From Eledone cirrhosa (lineage: Eukaryota), in the NCBI GenBank assembly GCA_964016885.1, contig OZ024740.1:224998001-225062000 (forward strand): 64,000 nucleotides of DNA, read 5' to 3'. The notes under the pieces were generated by a model, which saw only the letters and a program-made list of their open reading frames with translations, made no database searches and had not been told where the DNA came from. Below, piece by piece: positions 1 through 16,976 of the stretch. Within the stretch, counting starts at the first letter, position 1. Each line of letters opens with the position of its first letter. The position numbers and the translations under genes are program-made.

Positions 1-39
1 ATATGTATATATATGTATATATATGTATATGTATGTATG

Positions 40-122
<83 letters not shown>

Positions 123-1254
123 CAAAATGAATTTATATTAATATAGAAATATTGACTCACTACACCAGAACCTCTCGATGTAAATAGTTTGGTGTGAAAA
201 TACCAAAAACAGAGCGCACTACTAACAGATAAAGTTATGGATACAATATTTCTAATACCTTCCAAATAAATACGATAGAAACAAACAGATCATTAATAAT
301 ATTACTTACATTATATTAACAATATATAGTTCTAATACAGCCTTAGATAACATTGTTTGAGGTCTTGAGAAAACAATAATTGCCATAATTATATGGATAA
401 TTAGTAATGTAAAGAAGTTGACTCTCATTAGTGTGTCATCTTATTAATTAGACAATATATTAACTGTCCATAATTCTGTTTGATTTGAGACAAAATCTCA
501 CATATGTGTAGGCAATTGCAGAAATAAATGAGAAGGTCATGGAAGAAGGCTAAATATAATGCACTCTGAAGCTGAAAGGAACTTTACCAATATATAAATA
601 TATATATATATATAATAAGGAGTATTGTTACTTTGGAGTTTCACGTTTTTATCACAGGGTCATTATATATATATATATATATATATCATAATGTTATCCT
701 TACTTGCCATGAGAAGAAGTCATCATGCTCTGAGTAATTTGTTTCATTTTTGATTTGGAGTTAGCACCTGTCTACGTAGTCAAAGGACCATTCACACTCA
801 TACATTTCTTTTGTGGCAATGTTTTTTAATTCCGATGAATTTACAGAATACACAAGGTGTATTGTATCATGATCTTCTCAAACCTATATTATTTCTCTGC
901 CTTTGCCAATAAATTTACTGCATTAATAAGTTTGCCTATTATCTTGCAAGATTAAAGCATATTCACTACTCTACCTTGCCTCCCCTTATTCAAGGCAACA
1001 TGACGATGAGGGCAAATAGAATATAGAGCAACGACTTAGAACAGAATTAGGGTGAGAGATTTATGAGGTTAAATATATAATTGAATGAACAGTGTGATTG
1101 AGATGAATGTTAGCAGAAGGGAAGAAATATGTGAAAGACAGTGATAGACATAATAATCAAAATGAAAGAGTAATAGCAAGGAATAATGAGTTAAGGGATC
1201 AAGAGTATGATGAGTGAAACAATACAGAGGGTGGAAGAAACGGAAGAGAGACAT

Positions 1255-1530
1255 GAAATGAAGTATCCAGCCATTTGAACACAAGTTCTTCAGAAGGTTG
1301 CTATACATCCCATACACAGAGCACAAAACAAACAGCTTTGTCAGACAGCAAGTTAACAAATATTTTGGCAGACAGGAATCACTCCATGCAATGGTGGAAA
1401 GATGGAAATTCTTGTTCAAAACCATCCTTCAGAACACAGATGAGAGAAGAGGAAAAAGAAGCTGACAAAAAAGTCCTGGTCCATAAACTCAGCAACACCA
1501 AGACCCTTCTATGCATGACAAAGAATAGAG
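1255..1530 (+). mobile_element. Old RTE-like LINE C-terminal fragment
   Basis: One frame reads IQPFEHKFFRRLLYIPYTEHKTNSFVRQQV, resembling the RTE post-RT 'AFE.W..RR.L.I.W....TN..V' motif; contains stops. Confidence 0.55.
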
Positions 1531-4072
1531 ATCAATGATTATGACTGACTGTAAAAGTGTCTAGTGTAACACCCCAATGACTGGTTGCATAGTGATGGGA
1601 ATGTGACAATGAAAAGTGAATAATGGGTAGTAAGATTTTAGCAAAGGTGAGAGTGAATGATGGATGCTTCAATAAGTGGTCTGGAGAGGTATCATTGGAA
1701 AGAGAGAGATAACGTTGATGGCAGGGCAAGATTGAATACAGGTAGGTCTAATGACATATCTCATTAGAGAGGCAATATGGTGTAATGAATGGGAAAGGCA
1801 TGAGTGTCAGAGATATAAGAGGTTCAGACAGATCCAATGACATGCCTGCTTGTGTATGCAACTTGGTGCTGTAAATGGGAGAGAGAGTGAATGAGAAAGA
1901 AATGAGAGAGTATCATTTTATATCCAGTTTATCTTTTAACCTGACTGTGTTTTCATTACACATGACCAGTTACCATGTGTATTGGGTTTAGAATAGGTAC
2001 ACTGTATTCTTACATGTTGTAGGAATTGACGAAAAGCAATTGTGATAACACGGATATCTGAATATAAAACGTTGCTCCAAAAAGAGTTGCATGAAGTCCC
2101 CCAAGACTAACCAATGGGAAATGGTCTTAAAATGCGATAGATTACATATAGCCAGGCATTAAATATCAAGGCTTGATAAATATGTGTTCCCAACTGTAAT
2201 ATATTGGGAAAAGCAAAATATTTATGGCTATGGTCATCAAGAAATTAACACAAACTAATGGTAATACAGAACATAATGCTAAATATAGGTGAGAAAAAAC
2301 TTGATATAAGAGAATTTGGATATAATGTGTAACAGAAAACTGTATTGCTATGGATATGTAATGTGTATAAAAGATGACAGCTGTATAAAGAATTGCAGAG
2401 AAATCTCAGTGTTGAAAACACAGACCTAGGGAGACATGCAATAAAGTATGAAAACTGATCTGAGGAAGCAGAACTTCATGACAGAGGCAACTAAGGACCA
2501 TGTTGATTGGTGATATGTAGTATTGAAGAAGTTTTACAAAATAGTATAAAGGATGTGACTTGACCCATTCATGTACTGCCTCCATGGCTATGTAGCTATA
2601 CTCATCATCAATATATGCACCCACACACAGAGTCCAGGATCATTAACACCTTCCTTAAAGCCTAATACACCAGTTTAACTTTCAATTAGCTGTTCTCAAC
2701 ATCACTGTACCCCCATATTATTGGAGACACATTAATACCCACATGCATACATACACACAAACATCCATACACACACATATATATATATAAACATACTCTT
2801 GTGATGTATATATACGTGTGTGTGTGTGTGTGTGTGTATTGAAAACAACTTCAGTTTGTTCCCTCTCAGGTTTGAGTTAATTATGATACATGGGAAACAT
2901 GTGTGATATTAGTGAAACGTAATAAATACAATTATATATAAGGATGGCTTGAATGTGCAAATATTTGTAGATGCTAGATGTTAAATAATGGCTATAGCAC
3001 AGGTGAGCCAGGAAGGACATGAAAGAAGGTAATTAAATCAGATTTGAGCAAGTTAGGATTTAGTGATGAATGATGAAATATAGAAAAACCTAGAGGGCAA
3101 TGATGGTTAAGGGAGGAAACCTCTTCAACCTCTCTTAGAATAACACAAACATCATGGAGATATTTCAACCTAAGATTGTGAAGGAGAAGTGGGAAATGAT
3201 GATAATGATGAGGAGAAAAAAAAAAAAAAGGAGAAGACTACAGATAATAGATATAGTATTTGTGGTAAAGCTGTTATTGGTGGTATATTGTGGTAGTAGT
3301 GATGGCGACAATGATGATGGCAGCAAGTGGGATAGAATATGCTAGAAATTGTATTGTCCTTCTTGCAAAAGTCGAGAAGCATTAAAATCTACAAAAATAT
3401 ATGGTATATATTTAATATTCAGAATTTAAAGGAAATTTCATCTGCAGACTCATTTAATCCAGGATATAATAATGCAATTGATGCACATTCAAAACTATTT
3501 GAGAAAAGGGTAAACAAGAAATATTGAAATCTCGGTATCTTTAAGAATTACTGGCAATTGTCAATTGGATGATGATCATCTGAAGGGATGGAAACATTAT
3601 TCAAGTACTTGCTTCCAGCAAAAGTATTGTTGGAATTCTCAACTAGAAATATATATCTGATGAAGATTAGTGAATACATGCTTTGTTGAAATTTTGTGGC
3701 CATTTTGTAAGAATAAGCATAAATATATTTAAACAGCATTCTGTTTCTATCACTCAGTTATTTCTTACAATTCTTTATTGGTTATCCAGGGCACACAAGA
3801 TTGGAGAAAGGGCTGGTGGAAGATACTCTCAAACTAGAGATGTTGCTCAAATACTTTACACTTGAGTGAACTTTGCTAATGACACTCAAGAACCAAGTGG
3901 TGGAGTTAAACTGGCCAATAGACCAAGTGTCCCTCACTGTGGAAAAGGGATGGGATTTGAACTTAAAATGCTAAGAGGCAGAACAATCACTGCAATTGTT
4001 GTCAATTTGTCAACTCCAGAAATATGGTATGTAAATTTGATTAAGATTTATATTCAAAACGCGAGTTGAAAT

Positions 4073-4254
4073 AATTTTTTCTACTTTAGGCACAAGGCCA
4101 GCAATTACCCAGTGCATTACTGGTACTTTATTTTATCGACCCCGTAAGGATGAAAGGCAAAGTTGACCTCGGCGGGATTTGAACTCAGATCATAAAGGGA
4201 CGTAACTATGCTAGAAAGCATGGCATCCAACCCTCTACTGATACTGCCAATCCA
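4073..4254 (-). mobile_element. tRNA-derived SINE, family 1 (core GCCTTTCATCCTTACGGGGTCGATAAAATAAAGTACCAG)
   Basis: A-box TGGCAGTATCAGTAG and B-box GAGTTCAAATCCC; near-identical to at least six other copies in the window. Confidence 0.85.
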
Positions 4255-4575
4255 GAAATAATGAATTGTAACTCCTCTACAAAATTTGTATTTTGATTAG
4301 CAAATTGGAATGCTGTATATATTTCTATTTGTATCTATGTAAATAATTTAAAAAGATCATATATAGGCATCATTATAAATTACTTATCTTCACACCAAAT
4401 TATGTTCTCAATGTTATTCTGTGATCATGTAGGCTTTGTATTGTTTATGCTTCTCTTATGAAATACAAGAAGTCAAAAACGTGTCAGACATTGTCATCAG
4501 GGCTTACGAAGATCAGAATAACAACAGAGTATGTGATGAAGTGAATAATCAGTATCACATGGATGAATATATATC

Positions 4576-4610
<35 letters not shown>

Positions 4611-4653
4611 GATAAAGCGAATAATAAGTATCACATGGATGAATATATATCTG

Positions 4654-4705
<52 letters not shown>

Positions 4706-4708
<3 letters not shown>

Positions 4709-6315
4709 TCATCATCCTTTAACGTCTATCTTCCACGCTTGGATGGGTTTGGACAAGAATTTTCCCACTTGAGGCAAGATTGTCTGGCTCGTATAGGACT
4801 GTTTGGCGGGTTTTCTACGGCTGGATGCCCTTCCTAACACCAACACGTTTACAGTGTGGACTGGGAGGTTTTTACCATGTTACCTACACGGCCACATAAA
4901 GCGTGGACTGTGTGTTTTTTTTTCGTGACACCTACACGACCACATTTATTTGGACTGGATGTTGTGGTACCAACATAACTTTACATCGAAAGGGGTGGTG
5001 TGGATGAGGTGGGGTGGTGGGACGGGGTTATGTTCTTGTTAGAGGTGCCTACTGACTGTGGGTTTCGCTTTGTACTTAGGCAAGGCGGGTCTTCTGTATT
5101 ACTGTGTAGCGCCAAATATCTCGGTCCAGTAACATTGTCTTGGAGAGGTGTAATTGTGTGAGATCGGAATTTATCAAGTCATCCCAGGTTTTTCTGGGTC
5201 TGCCTAATCCGTGACTACTGTCTATTTTTATTGCCCTGCACTTTTTTATACAGCTGTCGTCTTTCATGCGCATCACATGACCATACCAACGTAGTCTTCT
5301 CTCAAGTAAACAACATCTGATTCCTCTTATTCCTAATTTCTCCCTTAGTTCATTTATGCTTTGCCGTTCACGTATATTACACATCCAACGGAGCATGCAA
5401 GCTTCGTTCCTCTCCAGTCTGTGTATATCTTCTGCACACAATGCCCAAGTCTGACTGCCATGTAACATTGCTGTTCGTATGCAGGCATCATAGAGCCTCC
5501 CTTTCATTTTTAGAGAGAACTCTTTAGCGGCCAATAGTGGTATAAGCTCTCTGAACTTTTTCCATCCCGTTCTGACTCTAGCTACTCAGAGCACCCTCCA
5601 CCACTGCTTATTTTGTCACCCAGGTAACGGAAGGTGCCTACTATTTTTATAGAACCATCTGTGCAATGGAATGAGCTAGTATTCCCTGGGCACTTGCTGC
5701 TACTTATTGCACCTGAGCACCGGCCACATATAAAATCTATATTCTTAGTTAGCTTACCTGTGATCCCACTACATCTTTTATGCACCCATACTTTGCATTT
5801 GGGACATAAAATGGAGTTTCTGTGTACTCCTTTCCTACACACTGAGCATGGCCATTTCTCAGATGGGACCAGTGCCCTATTTTCCTTCCTACAAAGGCCT
5901 TTTGATTCTAGGCCATGCTTCAATGTTTGGAATTTCTTCTCTAGTTCAGCCATTGATTCAGCTATGAGCGTTAGATCATCTGCGTATAGAAGTTACCATG
6001 GGCAGCCGGTCTTGAACTCCTCTGTTATAGCCTGAAGGGCAATAATAAATAGTAGCGGGCTAAGGACGGAGCCCTGATGAACACCAACTTTTACACTAAA
6101 CTCTTCACTATATTCTTTGTTAATTCTCAGCTTGGTGACTGTTTCTTTATACATGGCTTGTATAGCTCTCACAAGCCATTCATCAACACGTAGTTTTCTA
6201 AAGGCCCACCAGATAATCGAGCGGGGTACTCTGTCAGGCTTTCTCCAAGTCAACAAAAGCTAAGTATAGGGGTTTGCTTTTAGCTAGTTACTTCTCCTGT
6301 AGTTGTTGTACAATG
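4706..6315 (-). mobile_element. RTE LINE, subfamily A, 5'-truncated and frameshifted
   Basis: ORFs 5993-6256, 5582-5953 and 5076-5534 carry GVHQGSVLSP, YADD and RLRWYGHVMR; the 3' end is a (GAT)n tail next to (TA)n. Confidence 0.95.
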
Positions 6316-6731
6316 ATATATATATATATATATATATATCTTTCAGATATTCAAAACAACAAACAGCGGAGGACGCGTTTCGCACCTTTCCGACAGACAA
6401 CCTTTCCCCCACCCCGGAAAAAAACCCCAGTTGATGGATATGAATCCGAAATATATAGGGACAATTAAATCTCTCCCAAGGTAACTCTCTCTCGTGTTGT
6501 TATTTTTATTTTATCCTTTATACTCTTTACTTCATTCCTCTACACGTCTTATACACACCACGCATCTCAACGTACACCCTTTTACATCTCTCTCTCAACC
6601 ACCGGATCTTGTTACCCGGAGATTTACCCATTTGCATTGTCGAGGCTTCCAAACGACTTAAAGATATTTACCTATTATTCCACAATGCTTCTAGCAAACT
6701 TCAATACACTTATATATATATATATATACTA

Positions 6732-9406
<2,675 letters not shown>

Positions 9407-9844
9407 TTCACTATAACCACTGTTTTGTATAGAAGCTTACTTCCCTTTTTATATATATAGATATGTTAGGTAATTTCGAAGGAAAAGCAAAGGAAAAAAG
9501 AGTGCTCTATGTATAGAACAGAGCTATTTAATAAGAAAGTGAACAACACAAAATATAGACTGTAATAATGATGCTGCAATAATAAAATGCACTTAATGCA
9601 TTCTGAGTAGTTGTTAACAACCAAATAGAGGCAACATAAGGCAGAGCTATACCATTTATTGTGTTGAGAACTTGAGAACTTTTCTAGTGCTGGTGCCTGA
9701 ATAAAATAAACCCAGTACACTTTGTAAAGTGGTTGGTAAAAATTGACAAACATTGAATGTATTGATACAATCACCTCATGCCAATATAAAAAAAACAGCT
9801 TCAGAAAACAGTGATGTATCCATGCAGCTGTATGTATTTATGTG

Positions 9845-9960
<116 letters not shown>

Positions 9961-9961
9961 A

Positions 9962-10178
9962 GGCGTGTGGCTGAGTGGTTAGAGAATTGGATTCGCAATC
10001 GTAAGGTTGTGAGTTCGATTCCTGGACCAGGTGATGCGTTATGTCCTTGAGCAAGACACTTTATTTCACGTTGCTCCTTCTACCTGGAGTTGCGACCGAT
10101 AGATAGTATTAGCAATTGGAAAGACCAACGGAAACATTGTTCCCTCGGTCCGATTTGACGAAAAGTCGAGATCGTTCC
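9962..10178 (+). mobile_element. tRNA-derived SINE, family 2 (core GTCCTTGAGCAAGACACTTTATTTCAC)
   Basis: A-box TGGCTGAGTGG and B-box GAGTTCGATTCC; a partial copy lies at 31455-31606. Confidence 0.8.
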
Positions 10179-10293
10179 TTATATATATATATTGGAAAAT
10201 GTGTGAAATCCTAGGTACAGTTAGGTATATTTGAAAAAAGGAAAAGAATGACTTCACTTGTAGTTCTAAACAATTTGATTTAATTTTATATTA

Positions 10294-11174
10294 CTAGCAG
10301 TAAAGCCCGGCGTTGCTCGGGCTGCTCAGTAGCTGTGTTAAAGTTACAATGTTAAGTTCCTTTATTGTCTTAAAAACTGTAGAGTCTACAGTGTAGACTT
10401 TCATGTGGTACTTTTGATTAATATTCCCTCAACCAACAGTATGCCTTATGAAATTAAGAAAACATAACCATAACCCGAATGTTAAAACAAAAGAGGATGT
10501 TGGTAATCTATTAGCAAAAATCGAAAATGTAAATACTGCAACACTTGTCTCAGAGAAAAACATCAGCGTTTTGAAACAAAGAAATTGGATGGACATGAAA
10601 AACAAAGAAAAACAAAAATGCGTTATCTGTCTGTCGTTTAAAATCATGGCTTCTAAATGAAAATCTTTTAAGGCTTTATTCGAGATCAATGCTTTTTTTT
10701 TACAAAATATTTGCTTGTTTTATGGTGTATTCAAATAGGCTTGTTTTCAAGTAAAAATATTGTTTTAAAAGACTTTTAAATGGAAATGAAGCAAAATGGA
10801 AGCTTAATATTGAAATTCGAACTCGTGAATTTTGCAGGTTAAAATTTTGCTGGCCCGAAAGTTGTTCGGGAATTTTTGTACTTTTGCACGCGTCGTTTAT
10901 TCGTAACGTAAATAGATAGACAGAATGACGCCATAAAAGGGAAATAACTCGTCTCTCATCTCTATTTATACATTTGAACTGAAAAATTAATACATTACAA
11001 ATTCGATTTTTGCACTTGGCGTAGGTCGATTTGAAAATTTTTTTCCCCAATGTCTCCGCCAGACCTTCTTCTATAAGTGTAGCAATTTCACCGAAATTTG
11101 AACGTACAATTTAGGAGGAGATGTGTGCCGACCGTTTTAGTAGACAGACAGACAACCTCAGTTTTATATATATA
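10294..11174 (-). mobile_element. Non-autonomous Helitron-like element A
   Basis: Minus-strand 3' end has a CCCGAGCAACGCCGGG hairpin then CTAG; (TGTC)n near the 5' end. Confidence 0.7.
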
Positions 11175-12096
11175 CTAGCAGTAAAGCCTGGCGTTGCTCG
11201 GGGTCGCTCAGTAGCTGTGTTAAAGTTACAACGTTAAGTTTCTTTTTTGGCTTAACAACTGTAGTGTCTACTGTGCAGACTTGCATGTGGTGTTTTTGAT
11301 TAATATTCCCTCAACCAACAATATGCCTTATGAAGTAAAGAAAACATAACGATAACCCGAATGTTATAACAAAAGAGGATGCTGGGGATAAAAACTGCAC
11401 TGGTTAATTATTAACAAAGATCGAAAATGTAAACACTGCAACGCAGAGAAAAACATTAGCGTAACCAAATTATCAGTTATGTCTGTCTGCACGCCTATAT
11501 CACCTCTCTGCACGACTGTCTGTCTGCACGCCTATATCACCTCTCTGCACGACTGTCTGTCTGCACGCCTAACGAAATTTACAGATACATATATTTTAAA
11601 TAAACTTATATAATTTTTGCTTTTTTTTACGAAATATTTGCTTGTTTTACGTAGTCTTTAAATAGACTTGTTTTCAAGTAAAAATATTGTTTTAAAAGGC
11701 TTTTAAATGGAAATGAAGCAAAACGGAAGCTTAGTGTTCGAACTGATGAATTTTGCAGGTCAATATTTTGCTGGCTCGACAACTGTTCGTGTATTGTGTT
11801 AATGTCATTTTAAACGCTCAGAAAGCCAGCGTAATTTTTTACGTAAGACGCTCAATGTAAACAGAACAAAGGGAAATAACTCGTCACTTACGCTCAAAAA
11901 TCGATACATTAGATTCGATTTCGTCACATAGGGTGGGTCAATTTGAAATATTCTTTTTCCGATGTCTTCGCTAGGGTTCAATGTACACGTATAGCAATTT
12001 CCGTGCAATTCCGTCAGAGATTCTAAGAGGAGATGTGTGCCAAAAATCGATAGACAGACAGACAACCACAGCTTTATATATATAGATATATATAGA
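11175..12096 (-). mobile_element. Non-autonomous Helitron-like element B (paralogue of A)
   Basis: Same termini as A, with a 5' TC; colinear with A; contains an internal 37-bp tandem repeat at 11481-11570. Confidence 0.7.
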
Positions 12097-12099
12097 TAA

Positions 12100-13275
12100 C
12101 TAGCAGCAGGACCCGGCGTTGCACGGGGTAGGAAACATGAAATAGCAACGCGCATATGCAAAGATTGAGGAAGGTAGCTGTGTACTTTTTGAATTCCCTT
12201 ATTCTCAGGGAATGATTGTTCATCTACTGGAAACGTAGAACACCAGCAGGCAGAATCCAGTAGTAGCGGTGTCAGTGGGCTGATTGCGGAAATCCTGTAT
12301 GCGAAAGGAGTAAGTAAGTGTTGTGGGGCCATGTATGTCGTAAGTCTGTTCACGAATTACGTCACAGATGGGGAACACACGTCAGTCTAACGGAGTGATG
12401 TAGTCAATTGTGTGAAAACTAAGTAGGGATGAACGTTTAAGTAGGGATATTGAGATGACGAAATCAGCGTGGTAACGCAGCTGCAGCAGAAGGGGGTCAT
12501 AGTGCAATTAGCAGAAACACTAGGCAGCACTGGTTGCACTGCATTTACACAGCAACAAAGGTACGACAAAAGGGGTCACTGCAGAATTAGCACAACCGAT
12601 GTTCAGCGTACTAGGGCAGGACGTTCATACTGCAGTGTAGTTGCAACAAAAGGGTCTTAGTAGAAGTAGCACAGACGTGAGTTTTACGGTGTCAATAACA
12701 CGGCAACGTACACAGAGCCCGCATTTGTGCGTGATGAAAGTACGAAGCGTCAACAGGGTGCCGACAAATATTTTAAGGTCCTCCTCATTTCCTCAACCCC
12801 ATAAAAATGGTCCTGCTTAAAAGTAAGTAAGTGTTGTGTCCTCTGTTAAATAAACCAAATGTTTTAACGAAATATTATACGTTACTTACGATGTGTAAGT
12901 AGCGTTTATATTGAAAATGATAAAGGTATGTAATGCCCAATGTTAATTTGTAAATTTCCTAGAACCCATTAATGGAATCAGACATCCTTTTGTCCACAGC
13001 AATGTGAGGGGACTAACTAATGTGTGCTGCAAATCTCGAGGAAATCTGTTGGATTATCTTTAAGTAACGCCTCAAAAAAGACTAAACATGCCTAAAAAAT
13101 GCTGTTTGTCGCCTAATGCGGACCCTAAGGCAGAAAAAGTTGACATTTGTTTAACCCATTGCACTTCAAGAAATATAGGTAACGTATGTGTAAAGTTTGA
13201 AAGAAGTCGGTTGCGTACTTCTCGAGTTTTAGGGATTTACACAGACAGACATACATCCTCTGTTTTATATATATA
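12100..13275 (-). mobile_element. Non-autonomous Helitron-like element C
   Basis: CCCGTGCAACGCCGGG hairpin plus CTAG terminus; internal sequence differs from A and B. Confidence 0.65.
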
Positions 13276-14138
13276 CTAGCAAATGACCCCCGTCCATTTG
13301 ACGGTGTCAGTTCTTGGTAGGGCTGCAATGTTAATAGTCAATTTCCGTGTTGTATGTTTAACTTGGAGGATAATTTTACCTGATCAACTCTTTCAATAAA
13401 ATAAAATGAGACGGTATTCAAAAAGAGCAAGTTTTATTTACAGATATGTGTCATTAAAATGTGAACATAGAGAAATGTATCGTTAGCCGTGTCGGTTGAA
13501 CAATGTGTATTTTAAAACATCCATCATGTACACACACACACAAACACATACACACACACAAACACACAAACACACACACATACACACATACACACACACA
13601 CATACGCACACACACACACACAATCCCAAGACGTGACGTAGTTAAGAAGTGTAATAAATAAGTTAAAATTATAAACGCTGTATTTATCATATTCGCGACA
13701 CACACACTCCTCTCTTTCTTTATTTTACTCTCTCTCTCTCACTCCTCTCACACATCCTTCTCTCTCTGGCCGTTATGGAAATTTCACACACACATGCACG
13801 CACACATACACACACAAACACATACACACACATATACACACGCACATACACATACAATCCCATAACGTCGTGTTGTGGAAGGGGGATAGTTAAGAAGTGT
13901 GTAAAAGGAACGCTCTCTCTTTAATGGCCGCCATGGAATTTGTTAGTGCAAAAGTCTATAAGATTATAAAATCGAAGTTTGTGACTTCGAAATTAATCAT
14001 TATGAAATAATTTTTTCTTGATGTTACAAACGGTAGCCTATTTTGGCTATGTGTTTAATTTGACAGAGATCGATGGAATATTTTCCAAGTGAAACTCCTT
14101 TACACACACACACAGAACGGGAATTATATATATATAGA
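13276..14138 (-). mobile_element. Non-autonomous Helitron-like element D
   Basis: CCGTC..GACGG hairpin plus CTAG terminus; 5' TCTATATATA; internal (CA)n. Confidence 0.55.
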
Positions 14139-14263
14139 TATATATATATATATATATATATACGTCCAACTCTTGCTAGCAGGGAAAGTGGACATTTAAA
14201 ACAAAAACCTGCAACATTTTATATAGACTTTAGTCTATTTCCATGCCAGTATAGATTGAATGT

Positions 14264-14312
14264 GTGTCACTGATGAAAGATTAACACATCTTGAAACAAC
14301 ACTGTCTGGCAT
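14264..14312 (+). ncRNA. Type I hammerhead ribozyme motif
   Basis: tgtca-CTGATGA-aagat(taacac)atctt-GAAAC-aacact-GTC-tggca; helices I, II and III all pair. Confidence 0.8.
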
Positions 14313-15204
14313 CCTTGAGTGGACTGGCAACTCTGTTATATATTATTAGAGGAAAATAGAGACAAATAAATTGCTTTGTTACGAAAAAATAATTTTCTTT
14401 GATAGCAAGTCTACTAAAATAAACATGTTTTCATCTGCACCCCTATAATGCTTAAAAACGTAAGATAGAAATCTGATTTGATTTTATTGCTCTCTCTCCC
14501 TCTCTTTTTCTTGCTCTATCTCTCCTCTCTCTCTTACTTGCTGTCTCTCTCTCCCACTTCTACTCAATGAATTCCTATACAAGGTTCTCTTATTCGATTG
14601 TTTACTTTCAACTACTCCCAGTATGTGAGTGGCCAGAAGTAAATAAAAGTTTGAGAAACTTGTTGAAACTATAAAACGAATGAAATGGTAAAAATGCATT
14701 ACATAATGGAGTTGTGAACAAAAAATATATTTTAAACGACAATTAAAACATTTTAAACATCAAAATATTAAAACATCATAAATATATTTAATACTCATGA
14801 GTATTTCAAAACCACACCATCTAAACATAATGTGTTGATTAGCTACCTCAGCTTATAAACGGGTTCCCGATATTTCCCATTTCTCAGGCATAAAATAGGA
14901 GTTTAGATTATATTTAGATCAGTTGATATTTGAGTATATATGGTAACGTCTCTGTTATGTCTAATTTAGGGAAAAAAAAAATAGAGAGGTTAACAAAATA
15001 TTATCAAATTCTGGATATCACTATATATGATTATCACATTGCTCTAGATTCAGCAACCCTAGAAAAAAGAAAAAGATGTACCATTATATTAATAACTTTC
15101 TGTCATTTCAAATGACATAAACTCATTAAGCTCGAAATTATACACACACCACACATATATATATAAGAAGAAGAAATTAAAAGATGGTTAAAAAAGTTCC
15201 ATAT

Positions 15205-15272
15205 ATTTTATTATGCGCATTTCGAAAACAACATCATCCTAGGACAAAAATTGTGTTCTCATCAGATAAAAT
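15205..15272 (-). ncRNA. Type I hammerhead ribozyme motif with palindromic helix III
   Basis: attttat-CTGATGA-gaacacaa..ttgttttc-GAAA-t-gcgc-ATA-ataaaat. Confidence 0.8.
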
Positions 15273-15434
15273 GAGGTAACATATGAGGCCTAAAAGCACT
15301 TGTCAGCAGGAAAGTGCAAAGTCTACATATGACAGAAATATAAGAGTAAGAAAAAGATAGGAAAATAGAAGAAAAGGAAAAAGAAAGTTAAGAGAGAAAA
15401 AAAAAGGAAAGAAGGAAGAGAGAGAAAGAGATAT

Positions 15435-16228
15435 ATTTCTTTATTTACCATAAAGGCATAAAAAGAAGGGACAAATACAAAGGGGGAGTTTACATACAAT
15501 CGAGTAAAAAGGGTATAAAATGAAAATAATCGAAAATAACCTCAAAAGGGAGGGGACGTGATGGGGGTTGCACACACCCCCGAAAAAGTGTGCAATCCTT
15601 TGTCCGGGGAGCACATGGAGAAGGTGCTCCCCTCTCCTTTACTTCTTTACCTACAGGATGGTATACAGAGAAGGCCCATTTACACGAGCCATTCTCGCCA
15701 CTATCACCCACCTTTCATAAAACTGCCTGTGGCCAAGCACCTCTCTCTCCATTCTTATCCTTCTTCCGAAGTGATATCGGAAGAAGTAGACCAGACTATG
15801 GCCAGAGAGGAAGTTGCCTGACCTCAGACCTTTCAATCGTGTCCACCAAACAACCTCTTTCAACATGGCTATTACGCACAGAAAAACCGACTTTGCTTCC
15901 TTTGTGAAGAGGGGAGGCGGTTTGATTGTCATCACGGACTCGGCGGTCAATTGAATCGGCGCCACCCGCGACAGCAGTCGTTCGGCGTAGCCCCACAGAT
16001 CAGCCACGCCCGGACATTGCTCCAATGCGTGCGCAACGGTTTCTTCGTGACGCACGCATCTAGGGCAAATCTTTTTTGAGGGATCCCTGCCCGGGCGCCC
16101 GTGTCTGTAGAGCCTCTCTCGAACGGGTAGAGCCACCCGGTAGCACTGCCAGGCTAGTGACTTCTGGAAGTTGTCCATTGGTCCCGGGCCGAAAGTCCTA
16201 CCGAACAGGCTGGCCAGTTCGTCCCAGG
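15435..16228 (-). mobile_element. L1/Tx1-clade LINE 3' fragment (zf-RVT domain plus 3' UTR)
   Basis: WQCYRVALPV..CPRC...ETVAHALEQCP CCHC motif; AATAAA near the 3' end; both junctions in GA/TC repeats. Confidence 0.8.
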
Positions 16229-16243
16229 AAGAGAGAGAAAGAG

Positions 16244-16274
<31 letters not shown>

Positions 16275-16976
16275 CTTTTGATCAGGAACGCTGTCAAAAT
16301 GAAACAAGCTGTAAATAACGGTTAAAAAGTAAATTGATGAGTTCTATGTGCGATAAAATAAAGTACCAGTAATGCACTGGTTATTTGCTGGCCTTGTGCC
16401 AAAACGTAGAGACAATTATAGATGGTATTCAAATATTAGAGGTCTAAAATATAGAAACTGGGTATATTATTTTATATTGGGTTTAAATACTAAAAATTCG
16501 ATTAAGAAGTCTAAAAATGTATTAATAAAATAAAATTAAATTAAATTAAAATAAGTATAAAATAGATTTTTATAAAATAAAATAAAATAAAATAAAATAA
16601 AATAAAAAAATAAAAATAGTCTATCTATGTCAAAATTAAAAATTTCTATTAAAAAATCTATATATGTGGGGTATACTATTTAACTTTTATTTTATATCAA
16701 CAAGTAAATAAAAGGAATTGCTAGAATGATTGATAAACATAGAAAAACATATGACGTCATAATTTGTTTACAAAATCTACAAAGGTTTGAACGAAAATCT
16801 AAGGCTATCAAAAAAAGGTCAAAGGCTTAATATATGCTGAGAAACAATTAATACCTTGTAGAATATATTGAAATATGTGTAAAAAAAATGTGTAAAAAAT
16901 TAACCGTTATTTGTGGAATATGTTATAGGACATTGGCTATATATTTTGTGAAAGTATATATATATATATATATATA

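Noticed and set aside
3790-4026. Possible exon with an in-frame TGA at 3863-3865 (selenocysteine?)
   Set aside because: No recognisable protein or SECIS; the segment includes a SINE B-box-like GGATTTGAAC; likely chance.
9962-10030. tRNA-like sequences
   Set aside because: SINE heads with A and B boxes that continue into SINE bodies; no proper acceptor stem.
11481-11570. 37-bp repeat resembling a CRISPR repeat
   Set aside because: Contiguous tandem copies with no unique spacers; eukaryotic context with no cas genes.
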